Shown: piece after piece, positions 11,669 through 20,698 of the stretch
Layout: every line of letters begins with the position of its first letter
Position numbering within the stretch: position 1 is the first letter of the stretch
Origin: Candidatus Eiseniibacteriota bacterium
GTDB lineage: Bacteria; Eisenbacteria; RBG-16-71-46
NCBI GenBank assembly: GCA_963776245.1
Contig: CAVZLN010000005.1
Location: 32,001-96,000 of the forward strand
Direction: 5' to 3'
Length of the DNA: 64,000 nucleotides
Notes under the pieces: model-generated
Told to the model about the DNA's origin: nothing
What the model saw: only the letters and a program-made list of their open reading frames with translations
The model's database searches: none
Translations under genes and position numbers: made by a program

Positions 11669-12418
11669 CTACGGCGTCTGGGGCGCGGCGCTCGCGGGCG
11701 CGGGCGCGGCCCGGGACGGGAACTCGGTCGCCAGGCGCGTGAACAACCGCGTCAGCACCTCGGCGAACGACGGCGCACCGCCCTGGTTGGTGAGCGGCTG
11801 CAGGCCGAGCGCGGTGCCGCTCACGCCGAGCACGCCGGCACTGGGATCGTGGTAGGGCCCCTCGCCGGTCTCGTTGCCGGTGGCGGTCCACAGCAGGTGA
11901 CCGAGCGAATCCACCAGTGCGGCACTCACCCGCACCGTGGTCGATGGCCGGCCCGCCTCGTTCCATTCCATCTGGCGCCGCTCCCACAGGTCCACCCGCA
12001 CCGCCAGCAGGCCATTGACGCGCAGGCGCGCGCACAACTGCGGCGCGAGCAGCGAGTCCACGCGGGGCGACTTGAGCAGCCCGGCGCGCGCGCTCTTGAG
12101 GAGTTCCTCGCCCGCGGGGTCGCCGCGCACCACCTCGCGCACGGTCGGCGCCGACAGCCAGCGGTGCCCACTGGTGTTGAAGGTGGCCCCGACGGCCTGC
12201 GCCACCATCAGTTCGGCCTCGGCGCTGCTGTCGAAGGTCGAGACCGGCAGCATCGCGATGCCGGTGACACCGAACGAAGCGAAATCGGGGCGGGTCCACA
12301 CCTGATCGACGGACTTGGGCTTCTTGGGCGCGGCCAGCGCGACGGACGCGAGGGCGAGCGCCCACGCGACGAGGGCCAGGACGCGCAACACGCCTGCGGC
12401 GGGACGTGCGCGACGCAT
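11669..12418 (-). CDS. Exported hypothetical protein (possibly CsgG/LpoB-like fold)
   Basis: Signal peptide ending ALA; intact ORF with high-GC codon usage; fold is a guess. Confidence 0.6.
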   Translation of the reverse strand: MRRARPAAGVLRVLALVAWALALASVALAAPKKPKSVDQVWTRPDFASFGVTGIAMLPVSTFDSSAEAELMVAQAVGATFNTSGHRWLSAPTVREVVRGDPAGEELLKSARAGLLKSPRVDSLLAPQLCARLRVNGLLAVRVDLWERRQMEWNEAGRPSTTVRVSAALVDSLGHLLWTATGNETGEGPYHDPSAGVLGVSGTALGLQPLTNQGGAPSFAEVLTRLFTRLATEFPSRAAPAPASAAPQTP

Positions 12419-12420
12419 GA

Positions 12421-12777
12421 TCAGTTCCCCCGGGGAGTCGCTCCGCCGGCATCCGCGATCGTCGTCTTCTCGACGACCGCGCTGGCGGCGCAGCGCGGGC
12501 ACTTGCCCGAATGTTCGACGGCCTGTCCGTCGGTCGGACACTTGTAGGCGACCGCGGTCTTCACCAGATCGATCTTGCACATGGTGCACTGCCCGGCGGC
12601 CTCGTAGTCCATGCCGCACTTCGGGCACTCGTAGACGAGCGTCTCCCGGTGCAGCACGGGGATGGCCTTGGGACCCTCGTCGACCTTCCGGCCGTCCAGC
12701 GCGGCGCGGGCGCCTTTCGTCTGGCAGCCGGAGATGGTGAGCATCGCGAGGAGGAGGAGGACGGCGAGCCGGGTCAT
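12421..12777 (-). CDS. Lipoprotein with two heavy-metal-binding (YxCP...GxCxxC) repeats
   Basis: Lipobox ISGC; YECPKC...GQCTMC and YKCPTD...GKCPRC. Confidence 0.75.
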   Translation of the reverse strand: MTRLAVLLLLAMLTISGCQTKGARAALDGRKVDEGPKAIPVLHRETLVYECPKCGMDYEAAGQCTMCKIDLVKTAVAYKCPTDGQAVEHSGKCPRCAASAVVEKTTIADAGGATPRGN

Positions 12778-12855
12778 GGCATTCCCTCAGGCGGGGTGGG
12801 ACGACATGCGGCCGGGGGATGCGAGCATGGTAACCCGCGGTGCGGCGGAGGAGAA

Positions 12856-12932
12856 TGGCGCGCCCTGGAGGATTTGAACCCCCAACCTTCTGGTCCGTAG
12901 CCAGACGCTCTATCCAATTGAGCTAAGGGCGC
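12856..12932 (-). tRNA. tRNA-Arg(ACG)
   Basis: GCGCCCTTAGCTCAATTGGATAGAGC...CT-ACG-GA...GGTTCAAATCC...GCCA. Confidence 0.97.
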
Positions 12933-12953
12933 ACCCCGACGATACGGGCACTC

Positions 12954-13045
12954 TGGCGGAGAGGAGAGGATTCGAACCTCCGGACCGGTTTTACCCGATC
13001 AACCGCTTAGCAGGCGGCTGCCTTCGACCACTCGGCCACCTCTCC
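12954..13045 (-). tRNA. tRNA-Ser(GCT)
   Basis: GGAGAGGTGGCCGAGTGG...CT-GCT-AA, long variable arm, TTCGAATCC, encoded CCA. Confidence 0.97.
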
Positions 13046-13055
13046 AAGGTATTGC

Positions 13056-13141
13056 TGGCGGAGGGAGTAGGATTCGAACCCACGGAGCTTACGCTCAGCG
13101 GTTTTCAAGACCGCCGCCTTAAACCACTCGGCCATCCCTCC
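13056..13141 (-). tRNA. tRNA-Ser(TGA)
   Basis: GGAGGGATGGCCGAGTGG...CT-TGA-AA, long variable arm, encoded CCA. Confidence 0.97.
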
Positions 13142-13275
13142 GTACGACGGGTCCGCCTTGCGGCTTGTCTCGAAGCGCTCCAACGGCTCGCGGAATGTCG
13201 CCCGCTCCCACCGCCACGGGTGCCGTCCCTCTCCGAAGGCCAAGGGAGCGAACCGCATCCGCGTACCGGGCGGGG

Positions 13276-13305
13276 AATCTAGCATCGTGGCGGCGGTAGG
13301 CGCAA
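13276..13305 (-). promoter_or_regulatory. Putative sigma70 promoter of the tRNA cluster
   Basis: TTGCGC, 18 nt spacer, extended -10 TGcTAGATT. Confidence 0.5.
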
Positions 13306-13339
13306 GGCGGGGAGCGCCCCTCCCGCTCGTCTCCCCGCG

Positions 13340-14059
13340 CTACCCCGGCTTCCGCCCCAGGATCAGTCCCTCGTCCGGGTCGAGCCCGAAGTGGCGCGCC
13401 GCGTCCTCGCCCAGCACGCGCCCGAACGCCACGCACTCGATGTCCCAGCCGCATGCGCGCAGGCGGTCGAAGAAGTCGCGACCGTACACGCGCACGTGGT
13501 CGCTCTGGCCGAACAGCCGCTGGCGCTCCGCGGGGCTGGTGGCGCTCGGGTCCTCGAACGTGGACGCGCGCGCCATGTCGATCGGCGTCTGGAGCACCGC
13601 CCAGCCTCCGGGCGCGAGCACGCGCAGCAGTTCGCGCATCGCGGCGCGATCGTCGGGGATGTGCTCGAGCACGTGGCTGCAGAACACCGCGTCGCGCGAA
13701 GCGTCGGGCAGCTCGAGGCGCGTGATGTCCATCCGCCGCATGGCGAGCGGGCTCTCGAGGTCCACGCTCAGGTAGTCGAGGTTCGCGCGCGCGCGCAGCG
13801 TGTCCTGCAGGAACTCCTCGGGCGCCACCACCAGCACCCGGCGCCGGGCGGTCAGCAGGTCGGTCGAGCGCTGCAGCCACAACCACACCATGCGGTGGCG
13901 CTCGAGCGAGCCGCAGCGCGGGCAGCGCGCATTCGGACGCCGGTCGGGCCCGCCGGGCAGGAACCCGCGGAAGCGCCCGCCGCAGCACGGGCACTCCACG
14001 CGCCCGCCCTGCATCATCAGCGCGACCAGGCTCCACGCGAGCTTCCGCAGGTTCGACAT
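13340..14059 (-). CDS. Class I SAM-dependent methyltransferase with N-terminal Cys (Zn-ribbon) motif
   Basis: CPCC...CPRCGSLERHR; SHVLEHIPDD; LAPGG. Confidence 0.85.
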   Translation of the reverse strand: MSNLRKLAWSLVALMMQGGRVECPCCGGRFRGFLPGGPDRRPNARCPRCGSLERHRMVWLWLQRSTDLLTARRRVLVVAPEEFLQDTLRARANLDYLSVDLESPLAMRRMDITRLELPDASRDAVFCSHVLEHIPDDRAAMRELLRVLAPGGWAVLQTPIDMARASTFEDPSATSPAERQRLFGQSDHVRVYGRDFFDRLRACGWDIECVAFGRVLGEDAARHFGLDPDEGLILGRKPG

Positions 14060-14174
14060 GCGCGCACTATCGCCGCGCGCGCGCGCGGCGTCCAGCGCGG
14101 GCGAACCGCGGCGGAACGCGGCACGGCGCGCGAGCCCTGCGGCCACGCGCGCCGTGCTCGTTCCGATCGGCTGA

Positions 14175-14741
14175 CTACTTGGCGCCGGGCGGCGGTCCCT
14201 TCGGCGCATCCCAGGCCGAGGGCGGCGGGAAGTTCATGATCGAACCGGTCGCGGAGGCCGCCTGGTCGGGCGGCACCGCGGCGGGCACCTGGTGCCTCAC
14301 CGGCGGCAGGCTCTTCAGGTACGCCGCCAGCGCGTACGCGTCCTCGTCCGAGAGCGCGGTCAGGTTCGGCCACGGCATCGGCGGAAGCAGGGCCCGGCCA
14401 TTGGGCCGCATCCCGGTGCGCAGCGCGTCCACGATCTGCTTCTCGGTCCAGCTGCCGAGGCCGGTCTCGGCGTCGGGCGTGAGATTGCGCGCGTAGGAGA
14501 CACCCCACGGTCCGCGCCAGCCGAGTTCGGAGCCACTCAGACGGCGGGCGAAGTCGGGATCGCCGAACAGCGTGCCGGGCGTGTGGCAGTCATTGCAGCC
14601 ACTGGTGGTCGCCAGGTACTCGCCGCGCTTGATGCGCCGGGCCTGCGCGTCGTTCGCGGCGGGCGCCGCGGCGATGAGGGGCGCCGCGACCGCGAGAGCG
14701 AGCACGAGGGCGAGCATGGGGGTCCAACGGGTCCAACGCAT
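14175..14741 (-). CDS. Monoheme c-type cytochrome
   Basis: Signal peptide; RGEYLA...GCNDCHTP; NLTPD...PPMPW; AGGAGG RBS. Confidence 0.9.
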   Translation of the reverse strand: MRWTRWTPMLALVLALAVAAPLIAAAPAANDAQARRIKRGEYLATTSGCNDCHTPGTLFGDPDFARRLSGSELGWRGPWGVSYARNLTPDAETGLGSWTEKQIVDALRTGMRPNGRALLPPMPWPNLTALSDEDAYALAAYLKSLPPVRHQVPAAVPPDQAASATGSIMNFPPPSAWDAPKGPPPGAK

Positions 14742-14937
14742 GAGACTCCTCCTGTGGGTAGGGAGGCCGACGATGTGGGCCTGACGAGGGGGCCAGGTCC
14801 GGAAGGCGAGCGCGGGGGTCCTGTTCCCGCCACTCCACTGCGGCACCGTTCGCGGGGAGCGACGGCCGCCCCGCGGCCGGCAATCTACACGATGGCGCAA
14901 GCCGGCACACCGGGAATCCATCCGCGCGGGAAAATGA

Positions 14938-14972
14938 CCCGGGGCGCGCGGAGGGGATCCGCGCGCCCCGGG
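14938..14972 (-). terminator. Intrinsic terminator after the 14989..17223 gene
   Basis: 15-bp stem cccggggcgcgcgga/tccgcgcgccccggg, followed by TCATTTT on the - strand. Confidence 0.65.
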
Positions 14973-14988
14973 CTACCGCACGCGCGGT

Positions 14989-17223
14989 TCAGCGCCCGCG
15001 CCTCAGCACCGCCTTGCGCGCGACCTCGAGGCCATCCGCGCGCAGACGCACGAAGTACACGCCGTCGCGCACCCCCTGCGCGTCCCACGCGCGGGTGTAG
15101 GCGCCCGCGGGCATCACGCCCTGAGCGAGCGTCGCCACGCGGCGGCCGGCGATGTCGAACAGCGCCAGGTCCACGCTCCCCGCGCGCGGCAAGGTGAAGC
15201 TCACCGTGGCGCCCGCGCCGACCAGCGGGTTGGGATGGATCGCGAGCGAGACGCGGGTGGGAGTCGCGATCGGCGTGCTCGCGCCCGGGATGCTGGTGGC
15301 CAGCGACGCGCCGTCGGGCGCCGAGACCTCGGCGCTCGCGACCGTGATCTCACCGCCGTGCGTCTGCCCCGGCTTGAGCGCCAGGTCGAGGGTGAGCGGC
15401 ACCGTGGCGCCCTCGGCGACCGGCGCGAGTGCCACCAGCCCGACCACCACCTCGCCGTCCTGCACCTCGTGGAGCGCGAGCCACGACGATCCCGCGGTGC
15501 TGCCGAACGCGCTCAGGTCGTAGCGGTCGGCGGGGAATCGCAGCGTCATGCGCAGCGCGCCCACGTGGTCGGCATTCTCGAGCGTGATGGGCAGCGTGAG
15601 GTGGCTGTCCCCGCGCCCGGGCTCCCCGAAGCGCAGCGCCACCAGCGGGTCCTTGCGCTCGGGCAGGGTGTCCCCCGGCGCACCGTGCAGGATGGCGTGA
15701 GCGCAGCACAGGATGTCGGCGAGCGTGGCGCGCCCGTCGCCGTCGCAGTCATGACGGCCGGCGATGGAGTCCGCGCACGCGCCGCTCCCCAGGATGCAGT
15801 GCGCCATCACCACCAGGTCCCGCACGTCGCTGTGGCCGTCCCCGTTCGCGTCGCAGCTCGCCGCCAGGCAGACGTGCGCCCCGGCAACTTCCGGTCGCAT
15901 CGACAGGTCGGGGCACTCCAGCACCAGCCGCGCCAGCGAGTCGGCGCCGAGCAGCGAGTCGGCGCGGACCATCATCACCCGCTGCGGGTCCGCGCCGGGG
16001 GCGAGGCCCACGGTGATCTTCAGCACCGGCGGCGGCAGCCGGGTCGGGAACACCCAGATGCTGTCGGGCGGCAGGCAGGCCGGGATCGGCGCACCGCGGG
16101 TCGCGAACATCACGAAACGCGCGCCATCCACGGTCGGCACCCACTGCAGGTTCATGCCCGCCGCCGCTCCGACCGCCTCGAGATCGCGCACCACCAGGCC
16201 CGGGCTGGCACGCAGCACGCCCTGCAGGCCGGCGAGCCGGACGGTCGAGCGCACGCCGAGGGTGACGTCGCCGTCCTGACCGGGCGCGACGTAGGTGTTG
16301 CACGCGGTGCCGGGCTGCTGCGGACCCCAGTCCGCGATGAAGCAGTCCCGCGCCGTCCCGGTGCTGCAGCGCGCGCCGACGAGGAACGGGAACTCCGCCG
16401 CGAACAGCTTGCCCGGCGGGATCGAGTCCGCGCACGAGGTCACCCCGATCTGGACCCGGAGGGCGTACTGCCCGCGAGGCAGCGGCGGCAGCAGCGTGTC
16501 CACCGACCAGGGCGGCGCGTTCAGGGTGCACGCGCGGCCGAGGCAGGCGCCGTCGTCGAGCAGGATGCGCAGTATCGGCGGTCCGATGACCGTGAGCGGG
16601 GACGGCAGGAACTGCACGCCGCGCACCGACCAGCACCCGTCCGGGAAGTGCCCGGCGACGCGCACCGGGATGGGGCTGCCCGCGCACGCGACCGGCGGAC
16701 AGTCGTCGCAGGGCGGCGGCCCGCCGATGCGGACCACCTCGACGTTCGGCAACGGCCCCGGCGGGGTCGGGACGCACTCAGCCGTGACCGTGAAGGGCAG
16801 CGTGATGGTGGAGTCGAACACCAGGCTGTCGTGCGCGGTATTGGCGAGCGCGAGCACGGCGCGCAACTTCACGTCGACGTGATGGAACCCGGCGCTGAAC
16901 AGGCCGAGCGGGATCCGCAGGGTATCGGGCGGGCAGACCGTGAACGTCATGCACTCGTGGGCGTGCACGTAGATCCGCGCGTGCACCGAGTCGCTCGCTC
17001 CCCAGGTCACCGCGTCCACGCATGGCGGGCAACGGGGCACGACGGCCAGCAGCGTGACCGGCCGACCCACGCACGGCATGGGCGGGTCGAACTGCAGGCT
17101 CGGCACCGGTGTGGGTGGCGGCGTCGGCGTCCCGGCGAACACCCCGTGGGCGCTCGCGGCGGCCAGCAGCAGCAGCACCAGCGTGATCGAGAGGGAGAGC
17201 AGGGCGAAACGCAGCGACCGCAT
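14989..17223 (-). CDS. Secreted Cys-rich protein with dockerin-like and cohesin-like domains and FlgD-Ig tail
   Basis: Signal peptide; DANGDGHSDVRDLV and DCDGDGRATLADIL; HPNP...FDIAGRRV...GVYFVRL tail. Confidence 0.75.
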   Translation of the reverse strand: MRSLRFALLSLSITLVLLLLAAASAHGVFAGTPTPPPTPVPSLQFDPPMPCVGRPVTLLAVVPRCPPCVDAVTWGASDSVHARIYVHAHECMTFTVCPPDTLRIPLGLFSAGFHHVDVKLRAVLALANTAHDSLVFDSTITLPFTVTAECVPTPPGPLPNVEVVRIGGPPPCDDCPPVACAGSPIPVRVAGHFPDGCWSVRGVQFLPSPLTVIGPPILRILLDDGACLGRACTLNAPPWSVDTLLPPLPRGQYALRVQIGVTSCADSIPPGKLFAAEFPFLVGARCSTGTARDCFIADWGPQQPGTACNTYVAPGQDGDVTLGVRSTVRLAGLQGVLRASPGLVVRDLEAVGAAAGMNLQWVPTVDGARFVMFATRGAPIPACLPPDSIWVFPTRLPPPVLKITVGLAPGADPQRVMMVRADSLLGADSLARLVLECPDLSMRPEVAGAHVCLAASCDANGDGHSDVRDLVVMAHCILGSGACADSIAGRHDCDGDGRATLADILCCAHAILHGAPGDTLPERKDPLVALRFGEPGRGDSHLTLPITLENADHVGALRMTLRFPADRYDLSAFGSTAGSSWLALHEVQDGEVVVGLVALAPVAEGATVPLTLDLALKPGQTHGGEITVASAEVSAPDGASLATSIPGASTPIATPTRVSLAIHPNPLVGAGATVSFTLPRAGSVDLALFDIAGRRVATLAQGVMPAGAYTRAWDAQGVRDGVYFVRLRADGLEVARKAVLRRGR

Positions 17224-17401
17224 GGCGACACTCCCCGAGGCTGCAGGCGATCCCGCCTGCGCCGGGTGCGGAGCGCTGGGAGCGCTCCTGGAAGATGGAT
17301 TCCCCGGTCGGGAATACTTGAAGGCTAGACCCGGCGAGCCCCGGGTTCAAGGCCCGGACCGCGCGGGTTGCGAGCGCGCGCCCTGGTCCTGCGGCCCCAC
17401 G

Positions 17402-18310
17402 TCAGCCGCGCTTCCTCCCCACCATCACCACGCGGTCGCCGAACGCATTGAACGCGTTCGTGATGGGCAGGTTGATGGCGTCGACCGCAGCCATCGCGGC
17501 GCGCTGGAGCGCGCTCTTGTCCCCGTGGGCGCGGCCGGGTGGGATCTTGCTCTGCCGACACTCGATCACCTCGAGCCCGACCGCGCGGAACAGCGCGGCC
17601 AGCGGGCGTGGCGTGAATTCCCACAGGTGGTAGGGCGGCTCGTTCAGCACCAGCGTCCGCCCGAGCGCGCCGTAGGCCGCCAGCGCCAGCCGGCGCGCCA
17701 GCGAGTGCGTGGTGATCGGCCCGCGCAGGTAGAGCACGCCGCCCGGGCGCAGCACCCGCGCCACCGACGCGAGCACGCCGCGGCAGTCCGGCACGTGCTC
17801 GAGCACGTCGCCCATGTAGACCAGGTCGAACGCGCCGCCGGGGAGCGCCGCGTCGTCGAGCTCGCCCCGATGCACCTCCAGTCCGAGCGCGCGCGCGTGC
17901 GCGACCGCGGTCTCCGAGAGCTCCACCCCCTCGACCTTCCAGCCGCGCTCGGCCGCGTGACGCAGCAGCCAGCCGGCGGCGCAGCCCACCTCGAGCAGGC
18001 GGCCCGGCGCGCGCAGGCGCTCGAACGCGTCGAGCAGCCCGCGGTCCTCCTCCCGGTACATCGCCTCGTCGTACACGTCGGTGTCGCTGCGCCCGCAGCG
18101 GAAATCGCGCTCGAAGTAGGCCGCCGAGTAGAGCTCGCCGAGCGCCTCGCGCGCCGGTTGCACGGCGAGGAATCGCAGCCCGCATGCGCGGCATTCGACC
18201 AGCGGGAAGGTGCCGCGGAACTCGTAGCGCATCGCCAGCGGAGCGAGGCGCGCGCCGCCGCAGGCGAGGCAGCGCTCGAGGGACACGATGGCGAGCGGCG
18301 CTTCGCTCAC
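17402..18310 (-). CDS. Class I SAM-dependent methyltransferase
   Basis: CLAC/CRAC; LLEVGCAAG; DVLEHVPD; LRPGG. Confidence 0.85.
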   Translation of the reverse strand: MSEAPLAIVSLERCLACGGARLAPLAMRYEFRGTFPLVECRACGLRFLAVQPAREALGELYSAAYFERDFRCGRSDTDVYDEAMYREEDRGLLDAFERLRAPGRLLEVGCAAGWLLRHAAERGWKVEGVELSETAVAHARALGLEVHRGELDDAALPGGAFDLVYMGDVLEHVPDCRGVLASVARVLRPGGVLYLRGPITTHSLARRLALAAYGALGRTLVLNEPPYHLWEFTPRPLAALFRAVGLEVIECRQSKIPPGRAHGDKSALQRAAMAAVDAINLPITNAFNAFGDRVVMVGRKRG

Positions 18311-19443
18311 CGGTCCGCCGTCCCGGCGCCCGCGCCCGCGCCGGCCGGGGCGACCGGGAGCGCATGCGCGATGGCGGCGCCGCCGAGCACGCGCTCGCCG
18401 TCGTAGAACACCGCGAGCTGCCCCGGCGTGATCGCGCTCTGCGGCGCGTCGAAGCGCACCTCGACCGCGCCGTCCGCGCGCGGGAACAGCCGCGCGGGCG
18501 CGGGGGCGTGCTGGGAGCGGATCTTCACCGCGGCCGCGCTGCCGGACGCGGGCACCCGCGGCAGCAACCAGTTCACCGCGGCGGTGACCAGCGCGCGCGA
18601 CTCCAGCGCCGCGCGCGGACCGACCGTGACCTGGTTCGCGGCCGCGTCGATGGCGATGACGTAGAGCGGCTCACCCGATCCGAGCCCGAGCCCGCGCCGC
18701 TGGCCCACGGTGTAGTGGAGGATGCCGCGGTGCGTGCCGAGCGGGGAGCCGGCGGCGTCCACGAACGCGCCGGGCGCGGTGCCGCGCGTCTCGCCGAGCT
18801 TCGAGGTGGCGTAGCCGGCGTAGTCCCCGTCGGGCACGAAGCACAGGTCCTGGCTCTCGGGCTTGTCCCAGAGCGTGAGCCCGAGCCGGCGGCCATGGGC
18901 TCGCACCTCGTCCTTGCACAGCGCGCCGAGCGGGAACACCACCCGCGGCAGCACGGCGTACGGGATGAGCGCGAGCGCATACGACTGGTCCTTGGCCGTG
19001 TCGGCGGCGCGGAACAGGCCCCACCCGTCGTCGGTGGGCATGACCCGCGCGTAGTGGCCGGTCACCAGCGCCTCGGCCCCCACCAGCGCCATGCGCTCGA
19101 CCAGATCACCGAACTTGAGGTGCTGGTTGCAGAGCGCGCACGGGTAGGGCGTGCGCCCGCCGGCGTAGTCGTCGAGGAACGGCTGGAGCACCCGCGCGCG
19201 GAACACCTCCTCGGCCTCGACCACGAAGTGCGGGAACCCCATGCGCCGCGCCACGCCCTGGGCGTCGGCGATCGCGTCGAGCGTGCAGCACGCGCGCGGG
19301 CTGGCCGGTCCGCTGCCGTAGCACCACAGCTTGAGCGTCACCCCGGTGACGTCGTGCCCCTGCTCGGCGACCAGCGCCGCCGCCACGCCGGAGTCCACCC
19401 CGCCGCTCATCGCCACCAGCAATCGACGCGGCGGCGCGCTCAC
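18307..19443 (-). CDS. mnmA: tRNA 2-thiouridine(34) synthase
   Basis: AMSGGVDS, TPYPCALCN, TGHYA, KDQSY, KPESQDLCF, TPGQ. Confidence 0.95.
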   Translation of the reverse strand: MSAPPRRLLVAMSGGVDSGVAAALVAEQGHDVTGVTLKLWCYGSGPASPRACCTLDAIADAQGVARRMGFPHFVVEAEEVFRARVLQPFLDDYAGGRTPYPCALCNQHLKFGDLVERMALVGAEALVTGHYARVMPTDDGWGLFRAADTAKDQSYALALIPYAVLPRVVFPLGALCKDEVRAHGRRLGLTLWDKPESQDLCFVPDGDYAGYATSKLGETRGTAPGAFVDAAGSPLGTHRGILHYTVGQRRGLGLGSGEPLYVIAIDAAANQVTVGPRAALESRALVTAAVNWLLPRVPASGSAAAVKIRSQHAPAPARLFPRADGAVEVRFDAPQSAITPGQLAVFYDGERVLGGAAIAHALPVAPAGAGAGAGTADR

Positions 19444-20594
19444 CGGGGCCCTCCCGCGCCGGTCATGGCGCGTGCCGCGCGCACGCTGTCGAGCAGCGCG
19501 GCCAGCGCCCGGTCCACCTCGTCCGCGGTCGTCGTGCGCCCGAGCGAGAAGCGCAGCGCGCACACCGCGAGCTCGCGCGTCACCCCCATCGCCTTCAGCA
19601 CCGGGGAGGGCTCGACCGCGCCGCTCGCGCACGCCGCGCCCGCCGAGACCTCGACCCCGCGGGCGTCGAGCGCCATCAGCAGGTGGTCGCTGCGGGCGCC
19701 GGGGAACGACGCGTTCACCGTGTTGGGCAGGCGCGGTGCCGCGGCGCCGTGGATCACCACGTCCGGCACGTGCGCGCGCAGCCCGGCCTCGAGGCGCGCG
19801 CGCAGGGTGAGCAGGCGCGCGCCCTCGGCCGCGAGCTCGCGCCCCGCCAGTTCGGCCGCGACCCCGAAGGCCACGATGCCGGGCACGTTCTCGGTGCCGC
19901 CGCGCCGCCCGCCTTCGTGCGCGCTGCCGCGGAACAGCGGCTCGAAAGGCGTGCCGGTGTGGATCACCAGCGCGCCGACGCCCTTCGGCCCGCCCAGCTT
20001 GTGCGCCGAGAGCGCCAGGTAGCCGACGCCGAGAGCGGCGAAGTCGACCGGCACCTTGCCCGCGGCCTGGACCGCATCGCAGTGCGTGGGCAGGCCGCGG
20101 GCGCGCGCCCGCGCCGCGACCTCGGCCACCGGCTGGAGCACCCCGGTCTCGTTGTTCGCCAGCATCACCGCCACCACCGCGGTGTCCGCGGGCAGCCCGT
20201 CGATGTCGCGCGGATCCACCATGCCCTCCCGCGTCACCGCCAGGTGGGTCACGCTCCATCCCTGGCGCTCGAGCACGTGCGCGGCGCCGTGCACCGCGTG
20301 GTGCTCCACGGCCGACACCGCCACCCGGCGGCCGCGAGACTCGTGCGCCCACGCGGCCCCGATCAACCCGGCGTGGTCCCCCTCGGTGCCGCCGCTGGTG
20401 AACACCACCTCGGCGGGACGCGCGTTCACCAGCGCCGCGACCTGGGCCCGCGCGCGCTCGACCGCGGCGCGGGCGCGCTGGCCTTCCCGGTGCATGCTCG
20501 AGGGATTGGCCGACAGGCCGTCGAGCACCTCGCGCATGGCCGCGGCGGCCTCGGGGCGCACCGGCGTGGACGCGTTGTGGTCGAGGTAGATCAT
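19440..20594 (-). CDS. iscS: Cysteine desulfurase (IscS/NifS group I)
   Basis: YLDHNAST, NNETG, SAHKLGGPKG, GTENV, SAGAAC. Confidence 0.9.
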   Translation of the reverse strand: MIYLDHNASTPVRPEAAAAMREVLDGLSANPSSMHREGQRARAAVERARAQVAALVNARPAEVVFTSGGTEGDHAGLIGAAWAHESRGRRVAVSAVEHHAVHGAAHVLERQGWSVTHLAVTREGMVDPRDIDGLPADTAVVAVMLANNETGVLQPVAEVAARARARGLPTHCDAVQAAGKVPVDFAALGVGYLALSAHKLGGPKGVGALVIHTGTPFEPLFRGSAHEGGRRGGTENVPGIVAFGVAAELAGRELAAEGARLLTLRARLEAGLRAHVPDVVIHGAAAPRLPNTVNASFPGARSDHLLMALDARGVEVSAGAACASGAVEPSPVLKAMGVTRELAVCALRFSLGRTTTADEVDRALAALLDSVRAARAMTGAGGPR

Positions 20595-20698
20595 GTGCAC
20601 CTTCCTGGCCCGGGGATCGATCCGGGTGGCATCGAGGCCCCGCGGCGCGCCGCGGCGCGACCTCGAGGCCTCGGGAAACCCCGCGCGGCGGCGGGGAA

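Noticed and set aside
12780..12856. Integrated element at the tRNA-Arg 3' end
   Set aside because: No integrase and no duplicated tRNA 3' end seen in the window
13056..13141. Possible tRNA-Sec to serve the selenoprotein
   Set aside because: The anticodon is TGA (reads Ser UCA), not TCA, and the acceptor stem is a normal 7 bp
14794..14806. CAGGTCCGGAAGG resembling SRP RNA domain IV
   Set aside because: It is followed by CGAGCGC instead of AAGCAGC, and I see no long enclosing helix
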